A stretch of DNA of 32,000 nucleotides from Cereibacter sphaeroides 2.4.1 (GCF_000012905.2 NC_007494.2:660001-692000); one strand, 5' to 3'. Shown: positions 1-8,562, numbered from the stretch's first letter. The notes: generated by a model not told the origin, from the letters alone. Numbers and translations are program-made.

Positions 1-137
1 GCCTGCGCGCCCAGAACCCGGAGATCGGCCTCAAGGACAGCACCTGGATCGAGGAACGGCTGGCGGAGGCGGGCCTCGCGGTGCGCAGGATCGAGATGCC
101 CGCGCACAACCTGATGTTCGTGGCGCGCCGGACCTGA
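1..137 (+). CDS. 3' end of a CDS truncated by the window edge; possibly a DUF938-type SAM-dependent methyltransferase
   Basis: Open frame from base 3 to TGA at 135-137 (...LRAQNPEIGLKDSTWIEERLAEAGLAVRRIEMPAHNLMFVARRT*). The C-terminal EMPAxNL..V.RR tail resembles DUF938 proteins from memory only. Confidence 0.4.
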   Translation, partial: LRAQNPEIGLKDSTWIEERLAEAGLAVRRIEMPAHNLMFVARRT

Positions 138-396
138 AGCGCAGCCCGGGCCGCGACCGGAGATCCGGCAGCGGCGGCTGCGCCCGCTGAGCCGCCCCCC
201 GCCGTCAGGCTCTGGTCGCGCTGCTGCCCGCCTGCTGACATCGAGGCGCGGTCCCGCAGCCCGGCCCATGTCCGGGCCGCGCCGCCACGGCGACCGGCTA
301 CGGCAGGTCCGCGGCCGGAACTCCTCCTCCGAGGGGTGACAGGCGACCTCGCTTGCGGCACAGTCGCGCCTGTTCTCCTCATCGCTCCGGAGCCCC

Positions 397-1188
397 ATGA
401 CCCGACGCCTCCTAGCCCTCGGCCTCGCCGCGCTGCTTCTGTCCTGCGGCCGGCCGGAGGTCATCGCCGAACTGCCTTCCGGCCAGACCGTCACCGTCGC
501 CCAGCCGAGCTTCGGCGATGCCAAGCCCCACCCCTGGAGCGGCCGGGCGCCCTCGAGCTACCAGGTCCACGGGATCGACGTCTCGCGCTTCCAGGGCCCG
601 ATCGACTGGCCCACCGCCGCCTCGGCCGGCGTCTCCTTCGCCTTCATCAAGGCCACCGAAGGCGGCGACCGGGTGGATGCTGCCTTCCACGAGAACTGGC
701 GCGGCGCCGGCCGCGCGGGTGTGCCGCGCGGCGCCTACCATTTCTTCTATTTCTGCCGCCCGGCCGCGGAACAGGCCGACTGGTTCATCCGGACCGTGCC
801 GAAGTCCCCGCGCGCCCTGCCGCCGGTGCTCGACATGGAATGGAACCCCTTCTCGCCCACCTGCACCTTCCGGCCCGAGCCCGCGGTCGTCCGGGCCGAG
901 GCGCTCACCTTCCTGCGTCAGGTCGGTGCCCATTACGGCAGGCGCCCGATCATCTATACGACGATCGACTTCTTCGAGCGCAACGAGATGTGGCGCCTGA
1001 CCGGATACGACTTCTGGCTCCGCTCGGTCGCCGCCCATCCGCACGAGCGCTATGCCGGCCATCCCTGGACCTTCTGGCAATATACCGGCACCGGGATCGT
1101 GCCGGGCATCGGCAAGGTCACCGACATCAACGTCTTCAACGGCGACGCCACCCGCTGGGCCGCCTGGCTCGCGCTGAACCTGCGCTGA
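397..1188 (+). CDS. GH25-family lysozyme/muramidase, probable lipoprotein
   Basis: 263-aa ORF. The N-terminus MTRRLLALGLAALLLSCG carries a lipobox. GIDVSRFQG..IDW....GVSFAFIKATEG and the DMEW motif are typical of glycoside hydrolase family 25. Confidence 0.85.
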   Translation: MTRRLLALGLAALLLSCGRPEVIAELPSGQTVTVAQPSFGDAKPHPWSGRAPSSYQVHGIDVSRFQGPIDWPTAASAGVSFAFIKATEGGDRVDAAFHENWRGAGRAGVPRGAYHFFYFCRPAAEQADWFIRTVPKSPRALPPVLDMEWNPFSPTCTFRPEPAVVRAEALTFLRQVGAHYGRRPIIYTTIDFFERNEMWRLTGYDFWLRSVAAHPHERYAGHPWTFWQYTGTGIVPGIGKVTDINVFNGDATRWAAWLALNLR

Positions 1189-1191
1189 GCC

Positions 1192-1262
1192 TTTCACGCT
1201 GGTGCAAATATCCTCGGGGGGGCCGCCGGCCCCGGCCGGCGGCGGGGGGCAGACAGCCCCCC
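1192..1262 (+). repeat. Intergenic modular repeat, copy A (head TTCACGCTGGTGCAAATATCCTCGGGGGGG, central GC hairpin, tail hairpin GGGGGGC-AGACA-GCCCCCC)
   Basis: Lies between the convergent stops at 1188 and 1273. The head and tail modules recur at four other sites in this window. Confidence 0.8.
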
Positions 1263-1272
1263 GTCCCCGGGA

Positions 1273-3768
1273 TCAGCCGTCCTGACGGATCCGAACGTTC
1301 TTCGGATCGTAGGGCGAATCCTCGGCCACCACGGCCTCGCAGGTCTCGCGGAACATGCGCAGCTGCAGCTTCGTGCCCACCTCGGCCAGATCGGGGCGGA
1401 CATAGCCCATGCCGATCTGCTTGCCGAAGGCCACCGACCAGCCGCCCGAGGTGAGCCGGCCCACCTTCTCGCCGTTCAGAAGCAGCGCCTCCTTGCCCCA
1501 CGGATCGGCATCCGCCGGCCCGTCGATCAGGAGCGTCACGCATTTCGAGCGGATGCCGGTCGCGAGCATCGCTTCCTTGCCCTGAAAGTCCTTGCCGAGG
1601 TCGATGAACCGGTCGAGCCCCGCTTCCATCGGCGTCGCATCGCGGCCGAGCTCGTTGCCGAAGGCGCGGTAGCTCTTTTCCTGCCGCAGCCAGTTCTGCG
1701 CCCGCGCCCCCACGAGCTTCAGCCCGTGCTTTTCGCCCGCCTTCAGCAGCAGGTCCCAGAGATAGGTCGACATCTCGATCGGATGGTGCAGCTCCCACCC
1801 GAGTTCGCCCGTATAGGCCACCCGCACCGCCCGCACCGGGCACATGCCAAGCTCGATGTCGCGGTAGCTGAGCCAGGGGAAACGCTTGTTCGAGAGCCGG
1901 GTGGCGGGGTCGGCATCCTTCACCACCTCGTTCAGGATCGCGCGCGCATTGGGTCCGGCCAGCGCAAAGACCCCCCACTGGGTCGTCACGTCATGGATGT
2001 CGATCCAGCCGAAATCGCCGATCCTGTCTTCGGCGCATTTCCTCAGCCAGTCGGCGTCGTAGGCCGTCCAGGCACCGGCGGACACGAGGTAATATTCGTT
2101 CTCGGCCAACCGCACGATGGTATATTCGGTGCGCGTGGTGCCGGCGGGCGTCAGCGCGTAGGTCAGGTTGATCCGGCCCACAGCCGGCAGCTTGTTGCAG
2201 GTGAACCAGTCGAGGAAGGCCGTGGCGCCGGGGCCGCGCACCAGATGCTTGGTGAAGGCGGTGGCGTCGATCAGGCCCGCGGTCTCGCGCAGCGCCTCGG
2301 CCTCGGCGCGGGCGAACGGATGCCAGGCACCGCGGCGGAAGCTGCGGGATGCGTGGTCGAAACCGGCCGGCGCATCCGCAGGCCCGTAGTAGTTCGGCCG
2401 CTCCCAGCCGTTGACCTGCCCGAACTGCGCGCCGAGCGCTTTCTGCCGGTCGTAGACCGGGGCGGTGCGCAGCGGACGACAGGCTTCGCGCTCCTCGTCA
2501 GGGTGGTGGAGGATGAAGACATGCTCGTAGCATTCCTCGTTCTTCCGCGCCGCGTATTCGGTCGTCATCCAGCTGCCGTAGCGCCGGGGATCGAGCGAGG
2601 CCATGTCGATCTCGGCCTCGCCCTCGGTCATCATCTGCGCGAGATAGTGGCCAGTGCCGCCCGCCGCAGTGATGCCGAAGCTGAACCCTTCCGCCAGCCA
2701 CATGTTGCGCAGGCCCGGGGCGGGACCCACCAGCGGGTTGCCGTCGGGCGTGTAGCAGATCGGGCCGTTGTAATCGTCCTTCAGGCCCACGGTCTCGGAC
2801 GAGGGGATCCGGTGGATCATCGACATGTATTCCTCCTCGATCCGCTCGAGATCGAGCGGGAAGAGGTCGGCGCGGAAGCTCGAGGGCACGTCATAGAGGA
2901 AGCGGGCCGGAGCGTTGCGCTCGTAGGGGCCGAGGATCCAGCCGCCGCGCTCTTCGCGGACATACCATTTGGCGTCGGCGTCGCGCAGGACGGGGTGCTG
3001 CGGGTTGGTCTTGCGCCATTCGACCAGCGCCGGGTCGGGCTCGGTCACGATATATTGGTGCTCGACCGGAATGGCCGGGATCTTGATGCCCAGAAGCCGG
3101 GCGGTGCGCTGCGCATGGTTGCCGGTGGCGGTCACCACATGTTCGGCATGGATCTCGAAGCTTTCCTCAGTCGGGACGAGGTTGCCGCCCTGCTCGGCCA
3201 TCCGCACGCAGGAGACGATCCATTCGCGGCCCGTCCAGCGGTAGCCGTTGACCTGGATCCGGCGCTCGATGGTGCAGCCGAGCTGCCGCGCGCCCTTGGC
3301 CATGGCCTGCGTCACGTCGGCGGGGTTGATGTAGCCATCCTGCGGGTGGAAGAGCGCGCCCTTGAGATCCTCGGTGCGCACGAGGGGCCAGCGCTCCGCG
3401 ATCTCCTTCGGGCTCAGGAACTCATGATAGACCCCCGCCGTCTCGGCTACGGAGGAATAGAGCATGTATTCGTCCATCCGCGCGTCGGTCTGGGCCATGC
3501 GCAGGTTGCCCACGACATAGAAGCCGGGGTTGAGCCCGGTCTCGGCCTCGAGCCCCTTGTAGAAATCGACCGAATACTTGTGGATGTGGGTGGTGGCGTA
3601 GCTCATGTTGAAGAGCGGCAGAAGCCCCGCGGCGTGCCAGGTGGAGCCCGCGGTGAGCTCGTCGCGCTCGACCAGCATCGTGTCCCAGCCGGCCTTGGCG
3701 AGATGGTAGGCGATGCCGTTCCCGACAGCACCGCCGCCGACGACAAGGGCTTTCACATGGGTCTTCAT
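1273..3768 (-). CDS. FAD-dependent dimethylglycine/sarcosine dehydrogenase-like oxidoreductase with C-terminal aminomethyltransferase (GcvT) folate-binding domain
   Basis: 831-aa ORF. N-terminal dinucleotide fold VVGGGAVGNGIAYHLAKAG, a DAO-type domain, then a GcvT-like C-terminal half. SD ACGGAG lies upstream of the ATG at 3768. Confidence 0.88.
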   Translation of the reverse strand: MKTHVKALVVGGGAVGNGIAYHLAKAGWDTMLVERDELTAGSTWHAAGLLPLFNMSYATTHIHKYSVDFYKGLEAETGLNPGFYVVGNLRMAQTDARMDEYMLYSSVAETAGVYHEFLSPKEIAERWPLVRTEDLKGALFHPQDGYINPADVTQAMAKGARQLGCTIERRIQVNGYRWTGREWIVSCVRMAEQGGNLVPTEESFEIHAEHVVTATGNHAQRTARLLGIKIPAIPVEHQYIVTEPDPALVEWRKTNPQHPVLRDADAKWYVREERGGWILGPYERNAPARFLYDVPSSFRADLFPLDLERIEEEYMSMIHRIPSSETVGLKDDYNGPICYTPDGNPLVGPAPGLRNMWLAEGFSFGITAAGGTGHYLAQMMTEGEAEIDMASLDPRRYGSWMTTEYAARKNEECYEHVFILHHPDEEREACRPLRTAPVYDRQKALGAQFGQVNGWERPNYYGPADAPAGFDHASRSFRRGAWHPFARAEAEALRETAGLIDATAFTKHLVRGPGATAFLDWFTCNKLPAVGRINLTYALTPAGTTRTEYTIVRLAENEYYLVSAGAWTAYDADWLRKCAEDRIGDFGWIDIHDVTTQWGVFALAGPNARAILNEVVKDADPATRLSNKRFPWLSYRDIELGMCPVRAVRVAYTGELGWELHHPIEMSTYLWDLLLKAGEKHGLKLVGARAQNWLRQEKSYRAFGNELGRDATPMEAGLDRFIDLGKDFQGKEAMLATGIRSKCVTLLIDGPADADPWGKEALLLNGEKVGRLTSGGWSVAFGKQIGMGYVRPDLAEVGTKLQLRMFRETCEAVVAEDSPYDPKNVRIRQDG

Positions 3769-3907
3769 CCGCGCACTCCGTCACCGCAGGGTTTGCCGCA
3801 TCAATGACTGATCGCCGCCGCTGCGGAGAGGTGAGCCCGACATTTGGCGTCCGAAAACGACATGGGCGCGGATGGTGCGACGGAATGCTTGGAGCCGGCC
3901 GTGGCGC

Positions 3908-3997
3908 GGGGGGCTTTGCGCCCCCCGTCCGCCGCCGCAGGCGGCGGCGGACTTCGCCTGCGGCGAAGCCCCCCGCAGGATATTTGGGCAGAGTGAA
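3908..3997 (-). repeat. Intergenic modular repeat, copy D (reverse orientation; head, two GC hairpins, tail hairpin)
   Basis: Read on the minus strand just after the znuB stop: TTCACTCTGCCCAAATATCCTGCGGGGGG, CTTCGCC..GGCGAAG, a perfect 12-bp stem GTCCGCCGCCGC/GCGGCGGCGGAC (3927-3952), then GGGGGGC-GCAAA-GCCCCCC. Confidence 0.8.
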
Positions 3998-4002
3998 CGG
4001 TC

Positions 4003-4785
4003 TCAGGCGCGCCGCAGGAGCGCCGAGACGAGGAAGGCCAGCGCCGCAGCCGCGACGATCGAGGGGCCTGCCGGCGTGTCGAAGGCCAGCGAGGCGCCAA
4101 GGCCCGCGAGGCTTGCGCCCGCGCCGATCAGGGCCGCGAGCAGCGCCATCGGCTCGGGATTGCGGGCCAGGCCGCGCGCGGCCGCGGCCGGGATGATGAG
4201 CATGGCCGAGATCAGGAGCGCCCCCACCACCTTCAGCGCGACCGCCACCGTCACCGCGAGCGCGAGGGTGAGAATCAGCCGCTCGCGCGCGGGGTCGATG
4301 CCGGAGGCCGCGGCCAGATCCTCATTGATCGTGGCCGTGAGAAGCGCCGACCAGCGCCAGAGGAGAAGCGCCAGCACGAGCGCCGCTCCCGCCCAGATGA
4401 AGGCCAGATCCGGCACCGAGACGGCGAGGATGTCGCCGAAGAGCCAGGCCGAGAGATCGGTGCGCACCGAGGGCAGGAAGCTCACCGCGACGAGGCCGAA
4501 GGCCAGCGCGGAATGGGCGAGCACGCCCAGCATCGTGTCCATGGCCCAGCCGCGGCCGCTCAAGGTGGCCACGGTCGCGGCCATGACCAGCGCCACGGCG
4601 AGCGTGCCGAGCCCCACCGGCAGTTCGGTGGCGAGCGCCAGCGCCACACCGAGGATGGCGGCATGCGAGGTCGCGTCGCCGAAATAGGCCATGCGGCGCC
4701 AGACGACGAAGGCGCCGAGCGGCCCCGCCGCCAACGCCACGCCGATGCCCGCGAGCGCCGCGCGGATGAGGAAGTCGTCAAGCAT
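4003..4785 (-). CDS. znuB: Zinc ABC transporter permease ZnuB
   Basis: MLDDFLIRAALAGIGVALAAGPLGAFVVWRRMAYFGDATSHAA... is typical of the ABC-3 permease family. The start at 4785 overlaps the znuC stop by 8 nt. The longer ORF-track start (4923) lies inside znuC. Confidence 0.9.
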   Translation of the reverse strand: MLDDFLIRAALAGIGVALAAGPLGAFVVWRRMAYFGDATSHAAILGVALALATELPVGLGTLAVALVMAATVATLSGRGWAMDTMLGVLAHSALAFGLVAVSFLPSVRTDLSAWLFGDILAVSVPDLAFIWAGAALVLALLLWRWSALLTATINEDLAAASGIDPARERLILTLALAVTVAVALKVVGALLISAMLIIPAAAARGLARNPEPMALLAALIGAGASLAGLGASLAFDTPAGPSIVAAAALAFLVSALLRRA

Positions 4786-5509
4786 GATGGGAATGATCGT
4801 GCGTATGGTCGTGATCGTGTTCGTGGCGGTAGAGCGCGAGCGCCCCCTGGGTGCCGTGGCCGAAGAGCGCGCGATATTCCGGCGCATTCGAGACCACGCG
4901 CGGCGTGCCCTCGCAGCAGACATGGCGGTTGAGGCAGATCACCCGGTCCGACGCCGCCATCACCACATGCAGATCGTGGCTCACCATCAGGATCGCGGCG
5001 CCGGTGGTGGAGCGCACCTCTTCGATCAGCCGGTAGAAGGCCGCCTCGCCCGGCTGGTCGAGCCCCTGCGTCGGCTCGTCGAGCATCAGCAGCTCCGGCT
5101 CGGTCAGAAGCGCGCGCGCCAGAAGGACCCGCTGGAACTGCCCGCCCGAAAGATCGGCGAGCTGACGGTCCGCCACCTCGGGCACGCCCACCCTCTCCAG
5201 CGCCGCGGCGACCTCGGCAGGGGCGCGCCTGCGCGGCAGCGACAGGAAGCGCGCGGCAGTGAGCGGCAGCGTCCCGTCGACCTGCAGCCTCTGCGGCACA
5301 TAGCCGATCCGGAGCCCCGGCCTGCGGCTCACGCGGCCCGCGGCGGCGGGCAGGATCCCCAGGAGGGCGCGCAGGAGCGTGCTCTTGCCCGAGCCGTTCG
5401 GGCCCACGATGGTCACGATCTCGCGGGGCGCGACCGACAGGCTCACGTCCGACAGGATCTCGTCCCGCCCCCGCCGCACGGCGAGATGATGGGCGGCGAT
5501 CAGGGTCAT
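4778..5509 (-). CDS. znuC: Zinc ABC transporter ATP-binding protein ZnuC with His-rich C-terminal tail
   Basis: Walker A GPNGSGKST, signature LSGGQFQRV, Walker B LLMLDEP. The ATG at 5509 overlaps the zur stop (ATGA). The tail is HEHDHDHTHDHSHHA. Confidence 0.9.
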   Translation of the reverse strand: MTLIAAHHLAVRRGRDEILSDVSLSVAPREIVTIVGPNGSGKSTLLRALLGILPAAAGRVSRRPGLRIGYVPQRLQVDGTLPLTAARFLSLPRRRAPAEVAAALERVGVPEVADRQLADLSGGQFQRVLLARALLTEPELLMLDEPTQGLDQPGEAAFYRLIEEVRSTTGAAILMVSHDLHVVMAASDRVICLNRHVCCEGTPRVVSNAPEYRALFGHGTQGALALYRHEHDHDHTHDHSHHA

Positions 5510-6009
5510 GCGGCCTCCCGGCAGGCGGGGCAGAGGCCCACGGCCTCGATGTTCGTCCGCTCGATCTCGAAGCCGAGCTGCGCGGCCGCCGCATCCAGCG
5601 CGGCCCGCACCGGCTCGGCCGGCGCCTCGGCCACCACGCCGCAGCGGCTGCAGATCAGGAAGGCGGGCGCATGGGCCTCGCCCGGATGCATGCAGGCGGT
5701 GAAAGCGTTGAGCCGGCGGATCCGATGCGCGAGCCCCTGCTCGACGAGGAAGTCGAGCGCACGATAGGCCACGGGCGGCTTGTTTCCGAAACCCTCCTGC
5801 GCCAGCCGCTCCAGCACCTCGTAGGCGCCGAGCGCCCGGTGTTCTTCGAGGAGGATCTCGAGCGTGCGCCGGCGCACCGGCGTCAGGCGAGCCCCGGCCG
5901 CGGCCGTGGCCTCCTCGGCATGGGCGAGGATCGAGGCCGCACAACGGCTGTGATCGTGCGGCGCGAATGCCGCGGTGCCTCCGGTATCGGCGGTCATCCT
6001 CTCCCCCAT
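5506..6009 (-). CDS. zur: Fur-family zinc uptake regulator Zur
   Basis: 167-aa ORF with a winged-helix region (RLTPVRRRTLEILL...AYEV) and CxxC pairs (CSRCG, CPAC). It is the first gene of zur-znuC-znuB. The start could instead be the ATG at 5997. Confidence 0.85.
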   Translation of the reverse strand: MGERMTADTGGTAAFAPHDHSRCAASILAHAEEATAAAGARLTPVRRRTLEILLEEHRALGAYEVLERLAQEGFGNKPPVAYRALDFLVEQGLAHRIRRLNAFTACMHPGEAHAPAFLICSRCGVVAEAPAEPVRAALDAAAAQLGFEIERTNIEAVGLCPACREAA

Positions 6010-6014
6010 TGACG

Positions 6015-6029
6015 CGTTATGATATAACG
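6015..6029. promoter_or_regulatory. Probable Zur box (palindrome CGTTAT-GAT-ATAACG) in the divergent zur-znuCB / znuA promoter region
   Basis: A 15-bp AT-rich palindrome with 6-bp arms in an otherwise GC-rich 56-bp intergenic region. It follows a TTGACG -35-like hexamer (6009-6014). Confidence 0.6.
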
Positions 6030-6065
6030 TAATACATCTGCGCCCATCTCAAGGAAAGGCAGACC

Positions 6066-7103
6066 ATGCGTTATACCATATCAGTCGCTCTCGCCAGCCT
6101 GCTCGCGGGCCCGGCCCTGGCCGAAGTGCCGCGCGTGGTGACGGACCTGCCGCCGGTCCATTCGCTGGTGGCGCAGGTGATGGGCGATCTCGGAGAGCCG
6201 GACCTCCTGCTGGGCCAGGGAGCGGATCCGCATTCCTTCCAGTTGCGCCCGAGTCAGGCGCGCGCGCTGGCCAATGCCGATCTGGTGGTCTGGATCGGAC
6301 CGGAGATGACCCGCTGGCTCGAGCGCGCGCTCGAGGGCCGCAAGGGCGAGGAGCTGCGTCTCATGCAGGTCGCGGGCACGCATCTGCAGGACTTCGGCGA
6401 AGGCGCGGCACACGACCATGCTGGGCACGGCCATGACCATGCGGACGAGGACCACGATCACGCCGGCGAAGGGCACGAGCACGCGGACGAGGGCCACGCC
6501 GGCGAAGCGCACGATCACGCGGACGAGGGCCACACCCACGGCGACGAAGCGCACGATCACGGCGAACATGAGGGCCACAGCCATACGGGCCTCGACCCCC
6601 ATGCCTGGCTCGATCCCGAGAATGCGCAGCTCTGGCTGACGGCTGTCGCGCGCGAACTGGGCCACCTCGATCCCGAGAATGCGGCGACCTACGCCGCCAA
6701 TGCCGAGGCCGCCCGGGCAGCGCTGGCCGAGCTCGACCGCGAAACGGCCGCAAGGCTGGACGAGGCGCGGAACCAGCCCTTCTACGTCTTCCACGATGCC
6801 TACGGCTACTTCGCCGGCCACTACGGGCTGACCGTGCAGGGCAGCGTCTCGGCAGGCGATGCGGCCGCGCCGGGGGCGGCGCACCTCGCGGACCTGCGCG
6901 CGGAGATGGCGGGCACCCCGCGCTGCATCTTCCCGGAGGCGCAGCATGACGCGAAGCTCGCCCGGCAGATCGCGCAGGAGACGGGCGCGAAGGCCGGCCC
7001 GGCGCTCGATCCGTCGGGCAGCACGCTCGAACCGGGCCCGCAGCTCTACGCGAACCTGATCCGCGGCCTCGCCGACGGCATCCTGTCCTGCGTCGCCCCT
7101 TGA
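6066..7103 (+). CDS. znuA: Periplasmic zinc-binding protein ZnuA
   Basis: Signal peptide, cluster-9 SBP fold motifs, and the long His/Asp/Glu-rich loop HDHAGHGHDHADEDHDHAGEGHEHADEGHAGEAHDHADEGHTHGDEAHDHGEHEGHSH characteristic of ZnuA. SD AAGGAAAGG. Confidence 0.92.
   Translation: MRYTISVALASLLAGPALAEVPRVVTDLPPVHSLVAQVMGDLGEPDLLLGQGADPHSFQLRPSQARALANADLVVWIGPEMTRWLERALEGRKGEELRLMQVAGTHLQDFGEGAAHDHAGHGHDHADEDHDHAGEGHEHADEGHAGEAHDHADEGHTHGDEAHDHGEHEGHSHTGLDPHAWLDPENAQLWLTAVARELGHLDPENAATYAANAEAARAALAELDRETAARLDEARNQPFYVFHDAYGYFAGHYGLTVQGSVSAGDAAAPGAAHLADLRAEMAGTPRCIFPEAQHDAKLARQIAQETGAKAGPALDPSGSTLEPGPQLYANLIRGLADGILSCVAP
6411..6584 (+). repeat. Degenerate in-frame tandem repeat (~36 nt units) encoding the ZnuA His-rich loop
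   Basis: Units such as CACGCCGGCGAAG(G/C)GCACGA(G/T)CACGCGGACGAGGGC recur, encoding HAGEGHEHADEG / HAGEAHDHADEG / HTHGDEAHDHGEHEG. Confidence 0.8.
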
Positions 7104-7151
7104 TCTCGCGCGGCCTCCGGCGCAGCCTGCCCGCCTGCACCGGAGGCGCCC

Positions 7152-8135
7152 ATGACCCTCACCCGCTTCGGAACCGCCCCTGACGGGCGGCCCGTCCAGC
7201 GCATCGCCCTGGCCGCAGGCGACCTCCGCCTGGCCCTGCTCGACCGAGGCGCCATCCTGCAGGACCTGCGTCTGGCCGGGATCGACTGGCCGCTCACGGC
7301 AGGCGCGTCCGACCTCGCGGCCTATCTCGGACCGCTCCGCTGGTTCGGCGCCATCGTCGGTCCGGTCGCGAACCGCATCGGCGGCGCCCGGGCCTGCATC
7401 AATGGCCGGCCGACCCGCTTCGTGCCGAACGAGGGCCGGACGCTCCTCCATTCCGGGGCGGCGGGAACCCATGCCCGGCACTGGCAGCCGGTCGAGGTCG
7501 AGGCGGGCCGCGCGCTCCTGCGGCTCGAACTCGCGGACGGCATCGACGGATTTCCCGGCAACCGGCGGCTCGAGGCCGAGTTCGTGCTGGACCCGCCCGC
7601 GACGCTCCGGCTGATCCTGACCGCGGTCACGGATGCGCCGACGCTGATGAACCTCGCCAACCACAGCTACTGGACCCTCGATCCCGAGCCCGGGATCGGC
7701 GGCCAGCAGCTGCAGATCGCGGCGGAGCACTGGCTTCCGGTCGAGGCCGGCCTGCCTACGGGCGAGATCCGCCCCGTATCCGGAGCGATGGACTTCCGCG
7801 CGGGCCGCCCCCTCGGAGAGACCGAGGGGATCGACCACAATTTCTGCCTCGCCAGTGCGCAGCGAGACCTGACCGAGGTGGCGCGCCTCACCGGCCGGTC
7901 GGGCGTCCGTCTCACTCTCGCCACCACCGCCCCGGGCCTGCAGGTCTATACCGGCCGCGAGATCGACAGCATGCCCTTCGCGGGCCACGGGGGCCGACCG
8001 CTCCGGGCCTTCGACGCCATTGCGCTCGAGCCGCAGCTCTGGCCGGACGCGCCGAACCGGCCGGAGTTCCCCCCGATCACCCTCGCCCCGGGCGAAACCT
8101 TCCGCCAGGAGACGCGCTTCTCCTTCTCCGCCTGA
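7152..8135 (+). CDS. Aldose 1-epimerase (mutarotase) family protein
   Basis: 327-aa ORF. The overall pattern (N-terminal ...DGRPV..I.L..G.L...LLD.GA.L..L, GP..NRI, HSG, NHSYW.LD) matches the galactose mutarotase-like fold family. Confidence 0.8.
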   Translation: MTLTRFGTAPDGRPVQRIALAAGDLRLALLDRGAILQDLRLAGIDWPLTAGASDLAAYLGPLRWFGAIVGPVANRIGGARACINGRPTRFVPNEGRTLLHSGAAGTHARHWQPVEVEAGRALLRLELADGIDGFPGNRRLEAEFVLDPPATLRLILTAVTDAPTLMNLANHSYWTLDPEPGIGGQQLQIAAEHWLPVEAGLPTGEIRPVSGAMDFRAGRPLGETEGIDHNFCLASAQRDLTEVARLTGRSGVRLTLATTAPGLQVYTGREIDSMPFAGHGGRPLRAFDAIALEPQLWPDAPNRPEFPPITLAPGETFRQETRFSFSA

Positions 8136-8213
8136 ACCGAGCCGGGTGCCGCGGCTCCGCGACGGGGGTCGTGCCGAGCGCGTCCACAGCTTGCCCGCTT
8201 CGGCAGGGGCAAG

Positions 8214-8349
8214 ACGCTCCCGGCATCCCGATCCATGCGCCCCCGTCCGGTTATCCTGCATCTTACCTGTTCATTCCCGTTTGACCTTTTGCCGGTAACT
8301 CTGTGGGGACCGCATCAGCGGACAACCCTGCAAGATATCGAGGAAGATA
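8214..8349 (+). promoter_or_regulatory. Probable gvpA promoter / 5' UTR (AT-richer patch with a TTGACC hexamer at 8281-8286 and SD GAGGAAG)
   Basis: GC drops locally directly upstream of gvpA. No convincing -10 element or sigma-54 element could be assigned. Confidence 0.3.
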
Positions 8350-8562
8350 ATGGCCATTGAGAAAAGCGTTGCCTCCGCTTCGATTGCGGAAGTCATCGAT
8401 CGCATTCTGGACAAGGGCGTCGTGATCGATGCCTTCGTGCGTGTATCCCTCGTCGGGATCGAGCTGATCGCCATCGAGGTCCGTGCCGTCGTGGCGTCGA
8501 TCGAGACCTGGCTCAAATATGCCGAGGCTGTAGGCCTCACGGTGGATCCCGCCACGACCTGA
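8350..8562 (+). CDS. gvpA: Major gas vesicle structural protein GvpA
   Basis: 70 aa, [63 protein letters not shown]: the canonical GvpA core. Confidence 0.95.

Noticed and set aside
1726-3807. 693-aa plus-strand ORF antisense to the dehydrogenase gene. Similar long shadow ORFs occur at 6081-8261(-), 10532-12085(+), 16706-18418(+, upstream part), 22205-24016(+), 28562-30406(+) and 29904-31829(+).
   Set aside because: Their translations are low-complexity and Arg/Gly/Pro/Ala-rich with no recognisable motifs. Each lies opposite a gene with clear family signatures. Such stop-free antisense frames are expected at ~68% GC.
6411-6584. Short periodic repeats that could superficially resemble a CRISPR or VNTR array.
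   Set aside because: They are in frame within znuA and encode the His-rich loop. There is no repeat-spacer organisation and no cas genes anywhere in the window.
8281-8330. Possible sigma-54 (GG-N10-GC) or sigma-70 promoter upstream of gvpA (TTGACC at 8281; TGGGGACCGCATCAGC).
   Set aside because: The spacing and the -12/-10 elements do not fit either consensus. It is kept only as a generic low-confidence promoter region.
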